Below the pieces are notes generated by a model. It was not told the DNA's origin, made no database searches, and worked only from the letters and a program-made list of their open reading frames with translations. DNA of 63,387 nucleotides, counting the filler, from Chiloscyllium plagiosum (lineage: Eukaryota): NCBI RefSeq assembly GCF_004010195.1. It is 3 parts of 3 records of this genome, joined end to end, with 100 filler letters (N's around TTAATTAATTAA, not from the genome) between each part and the next. Parts side by side here need not be neighbours in the genome. Positions count along the whole stretch, not along the records: positions 1 to 27,837 come from NC_057717.1; 2 more parts are not named here. One strand, 5' to 3'. Both the position numbers and the translations under genes were made by a program. Each line of letters begins with the position of its first letter. Within the stretch, counting starts at the first letter, position 1. Shown piece by piece: positions 1-11,672 of the stretch.

Positions 1-335
1 ATAACTTCCCAACTTCTATACTCAATGCCCTGATGAAGGCCTGTGTGCCAACAGCCTCCTTCACTCTCCTGTGTATCTGTGACTCAAATTTTAGACAACC
101 ATGCACCTGATCTCTAATTTCCTTTGTTACACTACACTCCTTAAGACCCTCTCATTCATTATTAAACTCCTACCTGGATTTGGCTTTCCAAAATGCAAGA
201 CGTGACCCTTACTTATGTTAAACTCCACATGTTATTTCTCAGCCCACTTCTGCTGCCGATCAAGGTACTGCTGCAATTTCTGGTAATGTTCCTCATTGGA
301 ACCCTCCTATTTTAGTGTCATCTGCAAACTTACTA
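1..335 (-). mobile_element. CR1/HER1-type LINE fragment (RT 3' region, degenerate)
   Basis: Reverse strand contains AGTAAGTTTGCAGATGACACTAAAATAGG (SKFADDTKIG), the CR1 RT motif. Confidence 0.75.
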
Positions 336-645
336 TCCTTCCAGCCCGGCACCGCCTTCCTGGCCTGCAGTCTTCTTCTTGACCTCTCCGCCTCCATCCT
401 ACTCCGACCTATCACCCTCACCTTGACCTCTTTCCACCTATCACATTTCCAACGCCCCTCCTCCAAGTCCCTCCTCCCTACCTTTTATCTTCTCCTGCTG
501 AACACTCTCTGCTCATTCCTGAAGAAGGGCCTGTGCCCGAAACGTCGAATCTCCTGTTCCCTGGATGCTGCCTGACCTGCTGTGCTGTTCCAGCAATAAA
601 GTTTCAACTTTGATCTCCAGCATCTGCAGACCTCACTTTCTCCTT
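336..645 (+). mobile_element. Penelope-like element (PLE) 3' end, family A, young copy
   Basis: Pyrimidine-rich tract, hammerhead motif, AATAAA, tail CTCCAGCATCTGCAGACCTCACTTTCTCC; near-identical to the reverse complement of 63106-63234. Confidence 0.75.
515..550 (+). ncRNA. Minimal type I hammerhead ribozyme motif (PLE-associated)
   Basis: AUUC-CUGAAGA-A-GGGC(CUGU)GCCC-GAAA-CG-UC-GAAU: intact core, stem I AUUC/GAAU, stem II, palindromic ACGU in place of helix III. Confidence 0.8.
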
Positions 646-1089
646 GGAGGATTTGAGTTATAGGGAGAGGTTGAATAGGCTGATGCTGTTTTCCCTGGAG
701 CTTTGAATGCTCAGGGATGATCTTATAGAGGTTTATAAAGTCATGAGGGGCATAGGGATAACTAAACAAAGTCTTTTCTCTAGGGTGGGGGAGTCCAGAA
801 CTAGAGGGCATAGGTTTAGGATGAGAGGCGAAAGGTATAAATGAGATCTAAGGAGCAACGTTTTAATGCAGAGGGTGGTACGTGTGTGGAATGAGCTCCC
901 AGAGGAAGTGGTGGAGGTTAGTACAATTGCAACATTTAAAAGGCATCTAGAGGCTATATGAATAGGAAGGATTTGGAGGGATATGGGCCGGGTGCTGTCA
1001 GGTGGGACTAGATTGGGTTGGATATTTGGTTGGCATGGATGAGTTGGACTGAAGGGTCTGTTTCCATACTGTACATCTCTATGACTCTT
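646..1089 (+). mobile_element. CR1/HER1 LINE 3' end
   Basis: RTRGHRF-type C-terminal RT region followed by the tail GAAGGGTCTGTTTCCATACTGTACATCTCTATGACTCT. Confidence 0.85.
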
Positions 1090-1949
1090 CAGATGTGATT
1101 ATGTTCAGCTTCCCTCATGCCTCATTCTGCTCATTTACGGTTGCTTTCCTTAAGAGCGGTTGGAATGTTCACTGAAAAGCAGTGTTCAGTTTAAACTATT
1201 GTTTTCTTTGTTCCTAGTTTTAGCAAAGAACTGTGTTATGACACAGTGTGGTGTTGGGGCAGCACAGCCAACATAAATTGACATCCTAATTTAATATAAG
1301 AATTACATGATAGAATTCTAACATAATAGAATTCTATTATATTGTACAGAAATAATAAAAGTGAACACAAAATGAACAAAATGAGCACAAATAAACAACT
1401 TGTTCATTCCTGATATTATCCTACAAAAGGCTCATGGGTTTGAAGTGATACTCTGATGAAGAATCTTTCTTCTGTGATTAAGCTACTATTGACTCCATTT
1501 CTTGAAGTTGGTCTTTGCAATCTGGTATATGCTTTGGTATATGCTTTGTCACTCCCATTTGATCAGATAATCTGAATTTAGGTATGTGTAAGGAAAAGGT
1601 CTTGAATAGCAATCTCCTCCAAGTGGGTAGGCTTAACACAAATTGTGTGTATTTTGTTTAGGAGTGTGAAGATATATTAGAGAATAGGAATATTTTAATG
1701 ATTAATGCCATTGCCAAGAAGCTACAGGCAAAGGTAAATCGAGTATTAGGATGTCTTTACAGGATAATCCATAAACTTACTTTTATACTGCACTTGGTTA
1801 GACTTCATTATTTTATTCAGTTTTAGTCCTTTCACGAGAGGAGCAGGCCGGAAACAGAAATGGTGGCCAGGAAACTCGGTAGCAGTCAACTGGAAGGTCA
1901 GGGTCAGAACATGAGTCTTCTCAAAGCAGTCACCCAGTTTGCAATTTGT

Positions 1950-4170
1950 CTCTCAAATGAAGGTGACAGAGTTGAATTTCCAGAAGGCATTTAATGATGT
2001 GCTACACCAAATGTTACTGCACAGAATAAGAACTCATGATGTAGAGGGTGACATATAAGCATGGCCAGAGAAGTGATTAGCTAACTCAGTTAACTGGATG
2101 GCTGGTTTGCAATGCAGAGTGACAGGAATAGCACACTCATTGTCTGTATTGGCTGAGGTTACTGTGAAGGTCACACCTTCTCAACCTCATCTGAGATGTG
2201 GTGACTCTCAGGTTAAACCACCACCAATCACCTCTCTCTTATGAGAGAGGAGCCCAATGATCCTCTGGGACTATGGCAACTTTAACAGGAAGCAAGAAGT
2301 AGAGATAAATGGGATAGAGTAATTTTCAGGTTGGGAGGCTGTAACTTGCAGAATGCCACTTGGGATCAGTGCATCAATTATGTACAATATATCTTAATGT
2401 CTTGGATGAAGAGTTTAGTTTGATCAGTAAGTTTTGCACGGTCAGTAAGGAAATATCACATCTGGATTGAGGCACAGCTTGAATGAGTATGGGATTTTGA
2501 AGTATGAGAATTTGGTAAAGAGGGCAAGAGGTACATATGTAGCAAGTGTTGGGCTGCTTGAGGAACTCCAAATCAGTGTTGATGAGCTAGAGTCTGAGTT
2601 TCAAACACTGATACATCAGGGAGGGGAAGAATAACCTGGATGCTATGTTTCAGGAGTCAGTCACACCTCTTAGATTAACTACCTCGAATTTGTTCGATGA
2701 TGAGGGACAGGAGTGTGTGACTATGAGCAAAGCAGGTATGGGGATCCAGGAATTATGCTGAAGGAGACTCAACCCTTGAGCTTGTCTAATGGGTCAGACA
2801 GACTTGTTCCTGTGTGGATGAGAGCAGGGACTATAGGGAGGATGATCAAAATAACCATAGCACTGTGGTACAGACAACCATTAAAAAGGGGGGAGGAAAG
2901 AGAAATGTAGTTGTAAACAGGGATAATTAGTCAGGGTGGGGGTGGGGGTGGGTTCAGTTGCATTGAAAACTGGAATATCAAAGATAAAGGAGAAGGTAGA
3001 ATTGCACGTTAATGATGGGATCGGTTGTTCCAGAAAATGATAGTAAGGGGCAATATGTTAATATCATATTGTATCAAAGAGCAATGAAAGCATAGGGAAA
3101 CTCAATAATAGAACAAACCTAAAGCTTTGTATCTGAATACAATGAGTTGGAGGAACTGACAGCGCAAATCAAGATAAATGAAAATGATCTCAGCCATTAC
3201 GGAGACGTGGTTACAAGGAGATCAAAGCTGGGAACTTAACAATCAGGGATATTTGACCTTTCAGAAAGACAGGACAGAGGGAAAAGGTGGTAGGGCAGCA
3301 CCATTAATATGAAACGAAATGAAGACAGTTGTGAGAAACGATCTAGGCTTAGATGATGTAAAGTCATAGAGTCATACAGCATGGAAACATCCCCTTTGGT
3401 CCAACTCATCCATGACGACCAAATAGCCCACTTTCTGGAATTTGGCCCATATCCCTCTAAATCTTTTCTATTCCATCCAACTATCTTTTAAATGTAATTA
3501 TACCTGCATCTATCACTTTTTCTCGCAGTTCATGCCACATACTTGATGGGAAGTAAAACACAGTAAGGGAAAAAAAGACATTGATAGAAGTAATGTACAG
3601 TTCCCCAAACAATTGTCATGCTATAGGACAGTCTATGTATCAACAAATAATGGGGCCATGTAAAAAGAATAGTGGAATAATTATGGATTACTTCAATCTT
3701 CAGGTTGATTAGGTTAATCAAATTCAAAAGGGTAGCTATGATAACAAATTCAGGGAATGCATTAGGGATAGTTTCCTAGAGTAATATGTTAAAGTGCCAA
3801 CAAGGGAGCAGACTATCTTGGGTCATGTATAGGGTAGTGAGACAGGTTTAATAATGACCCCCAAGTAAAAGATCCCCAAGGAAGAATTGATCATTACGTG
3901 GTAGAATTTAATATTCAGCTAAAGAGTGAGAAACTTGGGTAGGAAAAATAAAGGAAATTACAATGAAATGAGGATAGAATTAGCTAAAGTAAACTAGGTG
4001 AATAGATTAGGAATAAAAGTAAACAAGCAGTGGCACCCATTTAAGGAGGTAATTCATGACTTTCAGCATGGATGCCTCCCAGTAAGGAGGAAGGATTCCA
4101 AGAGAGGGATAAACTAACCATGGTTAACCAAGGAGGTTAAGGAGTGTATTAAGTTGAAAGAGAAAGGTCC
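1950..4170 (+). mobile_element. Degenerate CR1 LINE fragments (RT and APE endonuclease remnants)
   Basis: GAATTTCCAGAAGGCATTTAAT (DFQKAFD-like), ATTACGGAGACGTGGTTA (ITETWL), GGAAAAGGTGG (GKGG); many stops. Confidence 0.7.
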
Positions 4171-4915
4171 AGTTTGGTTTCTGGTCAATGGTAGCCCAGG
4201 ATGTTGATAGTAGCGAATTCACTGATAATGATGCCATTGAATGTCAAAGGGAGATATTCTTTTGTTTGAGAGATGTTTAGTTGCCATTTATTAGCACAAG
4301 GTCTGAATGTTGTCCAGTCCTTCCTGCATATTTGCATGGTCTGCTTTAGTATCTGAGGAGTTGAAAATGGTGCTGAATATTGTGTAATAATGAGTGAACA
4401 TTTCTGATTTTACGTTTTAGAGAAGAACATTGATCTGAAGATGATTGTGGCAAGACACTACTTTGAGGAACTCCTGCTGTAATGTCCTATGGCTGAGACA
4501 ATTTACTTCCAACAAGCACATCCATCTTCCTTTGCACAAGGTATGATTTCATCCAATGAGGCGTTTTCTCCCTGATTTCCATTGACTTCAGTTTGCTTCA
4601 TGATGCTACAGTTGATCAAGTGTTGCCTTAATGTCAAAGACAGACACTTTCACTGTATTGCTTGTGCATTTTTTTTGTCCATGTTTGGATGAAGGCTGCA
4701 TTGGATTAAGGAGCCAACTGGACCTTGGGAGAACCTAAACGGATGGTGAGTGAGCAGTTTTTTGTGTGCAAGTGATAACACCATGAAACAACTCCCCCTA
4801 TCATTTCACTGAAGAGGTTGATGGGGCGGTAATTGGCTAATTTGGATTTGTCCTGCTTTTTACAGACAGGAAATGCCTAGGCAATTTGCACATTGTCATG
4901 TAGATATTAATGATG
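4170..4915 (-). mobile_element. Degenerate L2/CR1-clade LINE RT fragment
   Basis: Reverse strand reads GVPQSSVL- and ALTLRQHL-like RT remnants; related to 20340-22450. Confidence 0.5.
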
Positions 4916-4929
4916 GGGTTGTTTCGCCT

Positions 4930-4935
4930 TTTATT
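4930..4935 (-). promoter_or_regulatory. Candidate polyadenylation signal of the VCAM-like gene
   Basis: AATAAA on the minus strand about 70 nt downstream of the TAA stop at 5003-5005. Confidence 0.4.
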
Positions 4936-5002
4936 GTGTCAGTTCTGAGACCGTATCATCATAAACATTGATCTTGGCTGTACATACATTGATTATTTAT
5001 GT

Positions 5003-5124
5003 TTACTTCTTTTTATTTTGTTTGATACAGTAAATGATTGTGATAAATAACAATTCTCCAGTTATGATTACAACAGAGGAGAGGCCAATGATCTTTGCTG
5101 CAAGCCTTCTGGCTGTTGTTTGAT
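5003..5124 (-). CDS. VCAM/ICAM-like gene, last exon: transmembrane helix and very short basic tail
   Basis: Acceptor ctttaattcag|AT; phase 1; (Y)QTTARRLAAKIIGLSSVVIITGELLFITIIYCIKQNKKK*. Confidence 0.75.
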
Positions 5125-5269
5125 CTGAATTAAAGAAAAGTAAAGAATGATTAAATTAATATCAAAAGTGTTCATTACACAATAACATACAAATATGGTT
5201 TAAAGTCCGCTTTAAAGTTATTTATCCTTTATATCCTCTCTCCTAATTAAAAGTGCGATTCCCCATTAA

Positions 5270-5535
5270 TGTCGAGGTGCCAGTGTCGACGAGGTTGGAC
5301 AAAACTAAAAATCACACATCACCAGGTCATTGTCCAACAGGTTTATTTGGAGGTACAAGCTTTCAGAGCGTTGCATCTTCGTCAGGTAGCTTGTGAAGTA
5401 GGATCGTCGGACACAGAATTTATAATAAAAGATACGACTGATGCAATGTATTGAACAAACCTAGATTGCTGTTAAGTCTTTAATGACTTAGAATGGTGAT
5501 GCAGGTTTTCATTGATTAATATAGAAATCCCAGGT
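5270..5535 (-). mobile_element. PLE family B 3' end with partly degenerate hammerhead motif (about 5357-5391)
   Basis: Homologous to 20712-20870; minus strand CUGACGA..GAAAGCUU. Confidence 0.6.
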
Positions 5536-6558
5536 GGGACTTGCCTCCCTGCGCTAGCCTCCAGTCTGTGACCTGCTGAGCTTTTCCAGCAATTTCTGTT
5601 TTTGTTTTTGATTTACAGCATTGGCAGCTCCTTCGGTTTTTATTTAGCTAACAGACAGGTAGAGCAGAATACACATCAGAATGTCCTGAAAAGCTATATC
5701 CTACATCTGCCAGTTGCTAGACAAGCATTTGCATCCTCAAGGACTGGGAAACATGTCATTTCAATTTCTTTGAAGAAGACAGCGATCCTCAATTTCTCAA
5801 GGAATTGATCATTGAAGGAAAACACTTAGGATCTCTATGAAATTTCACACTCATTCAGTTGTAAATTTATCTGGGAGGTGACTCATGGCTTCATCACTAA
5901 AGCCCATTAATATATTAGCTTTCCCTGGATGCTGGGAATCAGATGCTCAGGACATTCTGCATGGTTGCCATTGCTAGAAATCCATAGGGGCTGCATACAA
6001 ACAGTTGTAATCACGTAGCAATCAGAGCACACTATCAGCCACCAGCAATGTTCTGGAAAGGTTCCACACTGTAAGTGTGTGGATCATCTATGATGACACC
6101 AGCCAAGTAATGCAGATCTATTCACAAGATCCAGGGAGCTGTCACAACTCCTACATTCTGGAACCCTCAAAGGTGCCTGCATTGTTCAGTGCCCCTGACT
6201 TGCAAAGAATGAGCTGATTTGATTTAAATCTTTGCTGAAAATCTTGTTTACTAGTTGTTTATTAAAGAAATGTGCTTGCTGGATATTTTGATTCTAAACC
6301 TAATGTAGATAAAGCGTGTCATTGACTATATCTGTAACTGGATAAAGCATTTAAAGTTATGTTGTGTCCAGTGGTGAGGTGGGACCAGAGAATAACAGTA
6401 CAGTCTTGTTGAAAAGGTATGGAATCTTTGGTTATGTATGAGGAGACCCATTCAGTTTGGTTAGGACTAAGAGGAGAATTGGTATGAGAAATTCATTGGT
6501 CTGCATTTGGAAATAAAAAAACCCACTCATCTCTTGTCAGCAAAATTATTCCACTTAC

Positions 6559-6865
6559 ACAGGACATGGAGGGTTCCAACCTGTTGTTTAATAATAGGGC
6601 TTGTCATTGACTGATCTTGAAGTTTCAGTTCAGCTTCACAGATATACTGCTGTCCATCCAGCTTAGCTTGAGCTTCTACTGTATGAGAGATAATGAGCCC
6701 AGTACTGCTTGATCCATTCACTAATATGTCATTTCCTTTCTTCAGTCTGAGTTCAAGATCCCCTGAGACTTTTAACACAAGGCATGTAATATTAACCAAC
6801 AACATTCCGTGGGAGAATAAGGAAGAATAAAAATACATGGACAACAGGGAAAATGGAAATCGTGT
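6559..6865 (-). CDS. VCAM/ICAM-like Ig-domain exon, apparently frameshifted near its 5' end
   Basis: VNITCLV...LRLKKGN...DGQQYICEAEL...TLHVL then T|gtaagt donor. The best acceptor (cacag at 6866) gives a 307-nt exon, not a multiple of 3. Confidence 0.7.
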
Positions 6866-7492
6866 CTGTGTGGAATCGAATTCAACTGATTATCAAATTA
6901 AATAGACACAAGGATATCCACAGTGCCAAGAAGTTAGGGTGACTGCAGGAAGGGATTCAATTACCTCCTTAGGTGTAAACTCACTTGCTCAGTCACAATG
7001 CGCACAGGTCATTCACAACTTCCATATGTGAGAACTGATCCCGCAGGAGACCAATTGACAGAGTCAACAGTGAATTTACAAATGAGAGCAGGAGATCGAA
7101 ACTGCTGTTATTGCAGTTGTTCATCCCAACCAGCAATGAACCCTGTTTGCATGCGTGTTTCAAGTGGAGTTCCATTGTTTTCTGATGTAGATCCGTGATG
7201 TAGACATAGTTGCAGGAGCCAAGATTCAGAAGTTTGCTGATGATGCAACAATTGGTCGTGCAGTTGACTGTGACGACGAATGTCAGAGATTGCAAGGAAG
7301 TATCAATCTGGTGGAAAGGAAAATGGCGAATGGAATTGAATCCAGACCAAGCAGTGTTAACGAAAATAGGGAGAAGAAATAATAGCAGTGAGTATTCTGT
7401 GTGGTGCAGACAGACAAAGAGATCTTGGCGTGGACATTCATGATGACTGAAGATCAATGGACAGGGGAAATCAGTTGGATGGACGTGCGTAC

Positions 7493-8350
7493 TGTCGATG
7501 CTGGAGATCAGAGTCAAGATTAGAGTGGTGCTGAAGAAGCACAGCAGGTCATGCAGCACACATGTAGCAGAAATAAAGACGTTTTGGCAAAAGGCTTTCA
7601 TCAGGAATAAGGCTGGGAGTCTCGAGGTTGGAGAAGTAAATGGGAGGGGTGGGGCTTGGGAGAATTTAGCTGAGAGTGCAATAGGAGGATGGAGGTGGGG
7701 ATAAGAGTGTTCGTTCGGAGAAGAGGGTGGAGCGGATCGGTATGAAGGAAGATAGACAGGTGGGGCAGGTCAGTAGTACAGTGCCAAGCTGGAAGGTTGG
7801 AGCGAGTGTAAGGTGTGTGGCGGGGTGGGGAATAAGGAAACTGGTGAAATCCACATTGATGCCATGGGGTTGAAGTGTCATGAGGCAGAAGATGAGACGT
7901 TCTTCCTCCAGGCGTTGGGTGGTGAGGAAGTGGCTGTGGAGGAGTCTGAAAACCTGCATGTCCTCCGAGAAGTGGCGGGGAGGAGTTGAAGTGTTCGGTC
8001 ACGGGCGTTGGGATTGATTGTTGCCAGTCTCCTGGAGATGGTCTCTGAAGCGCTCTGTGAGAAGACGGCCGGTGGCCCCACTGTAGAGGAGACTGCATCG
8101 GGAGCAACGGATGCAATAAATGACGTGTGTGGAAGTGCAGGTGAAACTTTGATGGATGTGAAAGGCTTCTTTGGGGCATTGGGCAGAGGTGGAGTGTGTG
8201 TGGACGCAGGTTTTTCAATTCCTGTAGTGGCAGAGAAGGTGCCAGGAGGGGAGGGTGGATCATTGGAGGGCGGGGACTTGACGAGGTAGTCGTGGAGAGA
8301 CCGGTCTTTGCGGAAAATGGATAGGGGTGGGAGGGAAAAAAATATCCCTG
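7493..8350 (-). mobile_element. PLE 3' part with GIY-YIG endonuclease remnant
   Basis: Minus strand FTCTSTHVIYCIRCSRCSLLYSGATGRLLTERFRDHL...QPHGINVDFTSF, then purine/pyrimidine tract, degenerate hammerhead and tail. Confidence 0.85.
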
Positions 8351-8530
8351 GAGGTCTGTGTTACTGATATTTTTAACAAACCCACTGACAACCACAGATA
8401 TGTGGATTCCATCTCCTCCCACCCCACCTCCTGCACAAATGCTTTCCTGTGTTCCTAACTCCTCTGCCTCCGCTGCATCTGCTCCCAGAGGACCAGTTCC
8501 ACCACAGAACACACCAGAAGGCCTCCTTCA
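8351..8530 (+). mobile_element. PLE RT C-terminal fragment, inverted relative to the adjacent endonuclease part
   Basis: TDIFNKPTDNHRYVDSISSHP...LCLRCICS on the + strand. Confidence 0.7.
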
Positions 8531-8673
8531 TTTAAGATCGGAAATTCCCCTCCCATGTGGTGTTGGCAGTGGGACGAGATTGGGTTGGGATATCTGGTCG
8601 GCATGGACGAGTTGGACCGAAGGGTCTGTTTCCATGCTGTACATCTCTATGACTCTATAACCAGAATTCTTAC

Positions 8674-8967
8674 CATACACCTCAATAAAAGCACTATTAT
8701 TCTTTGAGGGAATTGATGGATATTTCTCAAAATCGGCCATACAGATGATTTCCATCAGACCAGATTCCTGTGGTGTCAATGCTGCTGTTATTCGGACAGT
8801 GTTGGAATTTGGCCTTGTGGTATCTGAGTTCAGTTCCACACCATCCTGAAACCATCTTACTCTCATCTTCTCAGCAGGATAGACATTTGAGACCTCACAT
8901 GTTAATGTGACCTCTTGCTTCACTTCTTTGGGTCTTTTGTCCAGGATTCTTGGCTGATCCATGAAAG
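8674..8967 (-). CDS. VCAM/ICAM-like Ig-domain exon (intact, phase 1-1)
   Basis: ttacag|CT...TAT G|gtaaga; 294 nt; VTLTCEVSNVYPAEKMRVRWFQDG...IICMADF. Confidence 0.9.
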
Positions 8968-9048
8968 CTGTAATACAGACAAGAAACTCACTTCATTTTA
9001 ATTTGTTGCAGTGTGTTTCAGTTTTGAATGGATAGAGTGGAAAACTGA

Positions 9049-9162
9049 TGAAGGGCTTTTGCCCAAAATGTTGATTCTAATGTTCCTCAGATACTGCCTG
9101 ACCTGCTGTGCTTTTTCTCTCTCGACTATAATCTCCAGCATCTACAGTCCTCACTTTCATCT
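9049..9162 (+). mobile_element. Short PLE 3'-end insertion with target-site duplication
   Basis: Flanked by AGAGTG(G)AAAACTGA on both sides; begins at the hammerhead core. Confidence 0.65.
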
Positions 9163-9389
9163 AGAGTGAAAACTGACATCATCCCAGAAATTTATCACGT
9201 TCACTCATAGTCAGAAAGCTGGAGACATCTGCAGAAGTTCACTTCTTTTATTTTTAAATTAATTCTTGCTACTTTTCAGGTATTTCAACTATTAAGTCTG
9301 TTTCATGTGCACCAATCAGTCTGAGTAGCATAATAATGTACCCCTGATTAACCTTCACTGTGATCTTCACTTGCATCTGTCTATAACAT

Positions 9390-10145
9390 GACTCGAAATA
9401 TGTGGTGCTGGAAAAGTACAGGAGGTCAGGCAGCATCTGAGGAGCAGCAGGTCAGGCAGCATCAAAGGAGCAGGAGAATCGACGTTTCGGGCATAAGCCC
9501 TTCTTCAGGAACCTAAAGAAGGGCTTCTGCCCGAAACGTCAATTCTCCTGCTCCTTTGATGCTGCCTGATCTGCTGCGCTTTTCCAGCAACACATTTTTA
9601 AGCTCTGACCTCCAGAGTGGCACGGTGGCACAGTGGTTAGCACTGCTGCCTGACAGCGCCAGAGACCCGGGTTCAATTCCCGCCTCAGGCGACTGACTGT
9701 GTGGAGTTTGCACGTTCTCCCCGTGTCTGCGTGGGTTTCCTCCGGGTGCTCCGGTTTCCTCCCACAGTCCAAAGATGTGCAGGGTCAGGTGAATTGGCCA
9801 TACTAAATTGCCCGTAGTGTTAGGTAGGGGCAAATGTAGGGGTATGGGGTGGGTTTCGCTTCGGCGGGTCGGTGTGGACTTGTTGGGCTGAAGGGCCTGT
9901 TTCCACACTGTAATCTAATCTAATCTAATCTAATCTGCAGTCCTCACTTTCTCCTTGCATCTGAGGAGCAGGCTAGTTGACGTTTCAGGGCATGAGCTCT
10001 TCCTGATAAAGCCCTTTATCAGGAAAGGCTTATGCCTGAAATGTCAGCTCTACTGCTACTCGGATGCTGCCTTGCCTACTGTGTTTTTCCAGTGCCACAC
10101 CTTTTGACTCTGACTCTCCAGCGTCTGCAGTTCTCAGTGTCTCTC
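9390..10145. mobile_element. Nested PLE fold-back elements (younger 9448-9956 inside an older one)
   Basis: 15-bp TSD GCATCTGAGGAGCAG at 9433-9447 and 9957-9971; opposed hammerhead motifs at about 9477-9511(-) and 9512-9545(+). Confidence 0.7.
9617..9935 (+). mobile_element. HE1-type tRNA-derived SINE
   Basis: A box TGGCACAGTGG, B box GGTTCAATTCC, V-SINE-like core, HER1 tail and (TAATC)n end. Confidence 0.9.
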
Positions 10146-11051
10146 TATCTATGACATCCTGGCTAAGGCTGGGATTTCAGTGTTCATAACCCAGGTGTAG
10201 ATTTTTGTAGTTTTCTTTGCCCTCTCTTTATAATGAGGTTTACTGAACTATTTATCACCCCCCCCCGCCCCCCCCCTCCTCATTACTGAGTGATGTTTAA
10301 GGCAGCGTGGTGAAATTCCTTCAGAAATTCCTGTCACTGTCAGGAATCTGCTGGCTGCCATGTGGCAAAGCAAGAGGTGACTGCCTCAGCCACCCAGTGT
10401 TCCTGAAAGTGGAAGGAGCGCCCATCAGTACACTTTAACCAATGGAATGTCTGGCAAGTCAGAACATACTCCAACTTGAGCTCTCCACCTTGAAGAAGGA
10501 AAATCAAGAGATGTGGGAACGGGTAAGGACATGGGGCTACAGTCAAAGATTAGTTATTGAACAGCAGAGTAGGCTCAAGGAGCTAAATGGCATATTCCCA
10601 CACCTGTTCCTTATGTTTATCTGCCTCGCAAAGATTTTATTGACTTTTTTGGACTAGATTTTGCACACTCTCTAGCAGGCTTAAAGATTTGTAGAACATT
10701 TAGAATTACACCATGAACAGGTCATAGAGTCATCCAACACGGTAACAGACCAGGTTTCCTAAACTGAATTACCCCCATTCACCTGTGTTTGGCCCATATC
10801 CCTCGAAGCCATTTCTGTGCAAATGTTGTATTTGTACCCATCTCTACTATGGGTGAGAAAATTGCATGTTTGCACCATTATTCAGGACAAACAATTCTTA
10901 TCCATCATATTTTGTAATGGGGACAAAACAAGAACTCATGAGAAGCCCATCTCTAGATTGCTTTCCATTGTTTATTCTGAACAAACTATAGGTATTTAAT
11001 CAATGGTATTTTCTAAAGAAAGAGAGCATTTCTTGTGCAATTAGAACTTAC

Positions 11052-11366
11052 CATAAGTTTGCAGACTGACAGAAGAGTTTGTGATTGACTTTGTGGTCTG
11101 AGAGCCCAAGTCCACTTCAGCCAAGCAGGTGTATTCCTGTCCATCATCTGATCGACTTGCAATGAAATTGAAGACATTTCTCAACCTTTTATCTTCATCC
11201 ACAGAACCTGGTTCGCCTGTGGAATTTCTCTGAAGAATCTCGCTACCTCTCAGCCATGTGAGTATGAGTTTATTGTTTGGATAGACTCTTGGGCGAATGC
11301 ACTCCAGACTATATGTTCTGTTAATCTCCAGTACTTCAGGGAGTAATGTAATGCTTACCTCTCGAT
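11052..11366 (-). CDS. VCAM/ICAM/MAdCAM-like Ig-domain exon (domain-2-like, intact, phase 1-1)
   Basis: ttcacag|AT...TAT G|gtaagt; 315 nt; YSLECIRPRVYPNNKLILTWLRG...DDGQEYTCLAEVDL. Confidence 0.9.
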
Positions 11367-11582
11367 CTGTGAAAGGAGAATCACAGTTAACAGGTTTCAC
11401 TGAAATGGTACGTTTAATGTTTCAGGCGTCCACTTGGTGTGGATAAGGAATGGAAGTGGACTGACCAGTATGCAGTTTCCCAAAAGGTTGTCAACTTCTG
11501 CAGGTAGCATGAGGTGTGTATGGGTCCATAGCAATTCCCAACCCACTTCTGCAGGTAGCCAATTAGGCTCATTCATACTTTT

Positions 11583-11672
11583 CCTGCTGAAGTGCTTTTG
11601 CCCAAAATGTCGATTTTCCTGCTCCTCGAATGCTGCCTGTCCTACTGTGCTTTTCCAGCACCACATTTTCGA
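11583..11672 (+). mobile_element. 90-bp PLE 3'-end insertion with 15-bp TSD
   Basis: CTCATTCATACTTTT at 11568-11582 and 11673-11687; degenerate hammerhead at the 5' end. Confidence 0.7.

Noticed and set aside
7601-8512. 303-aa Pro/His-rich ORF as a novel gene
   Set aside because: Mostly off-frame read-through of a rearranged Penelope-like element
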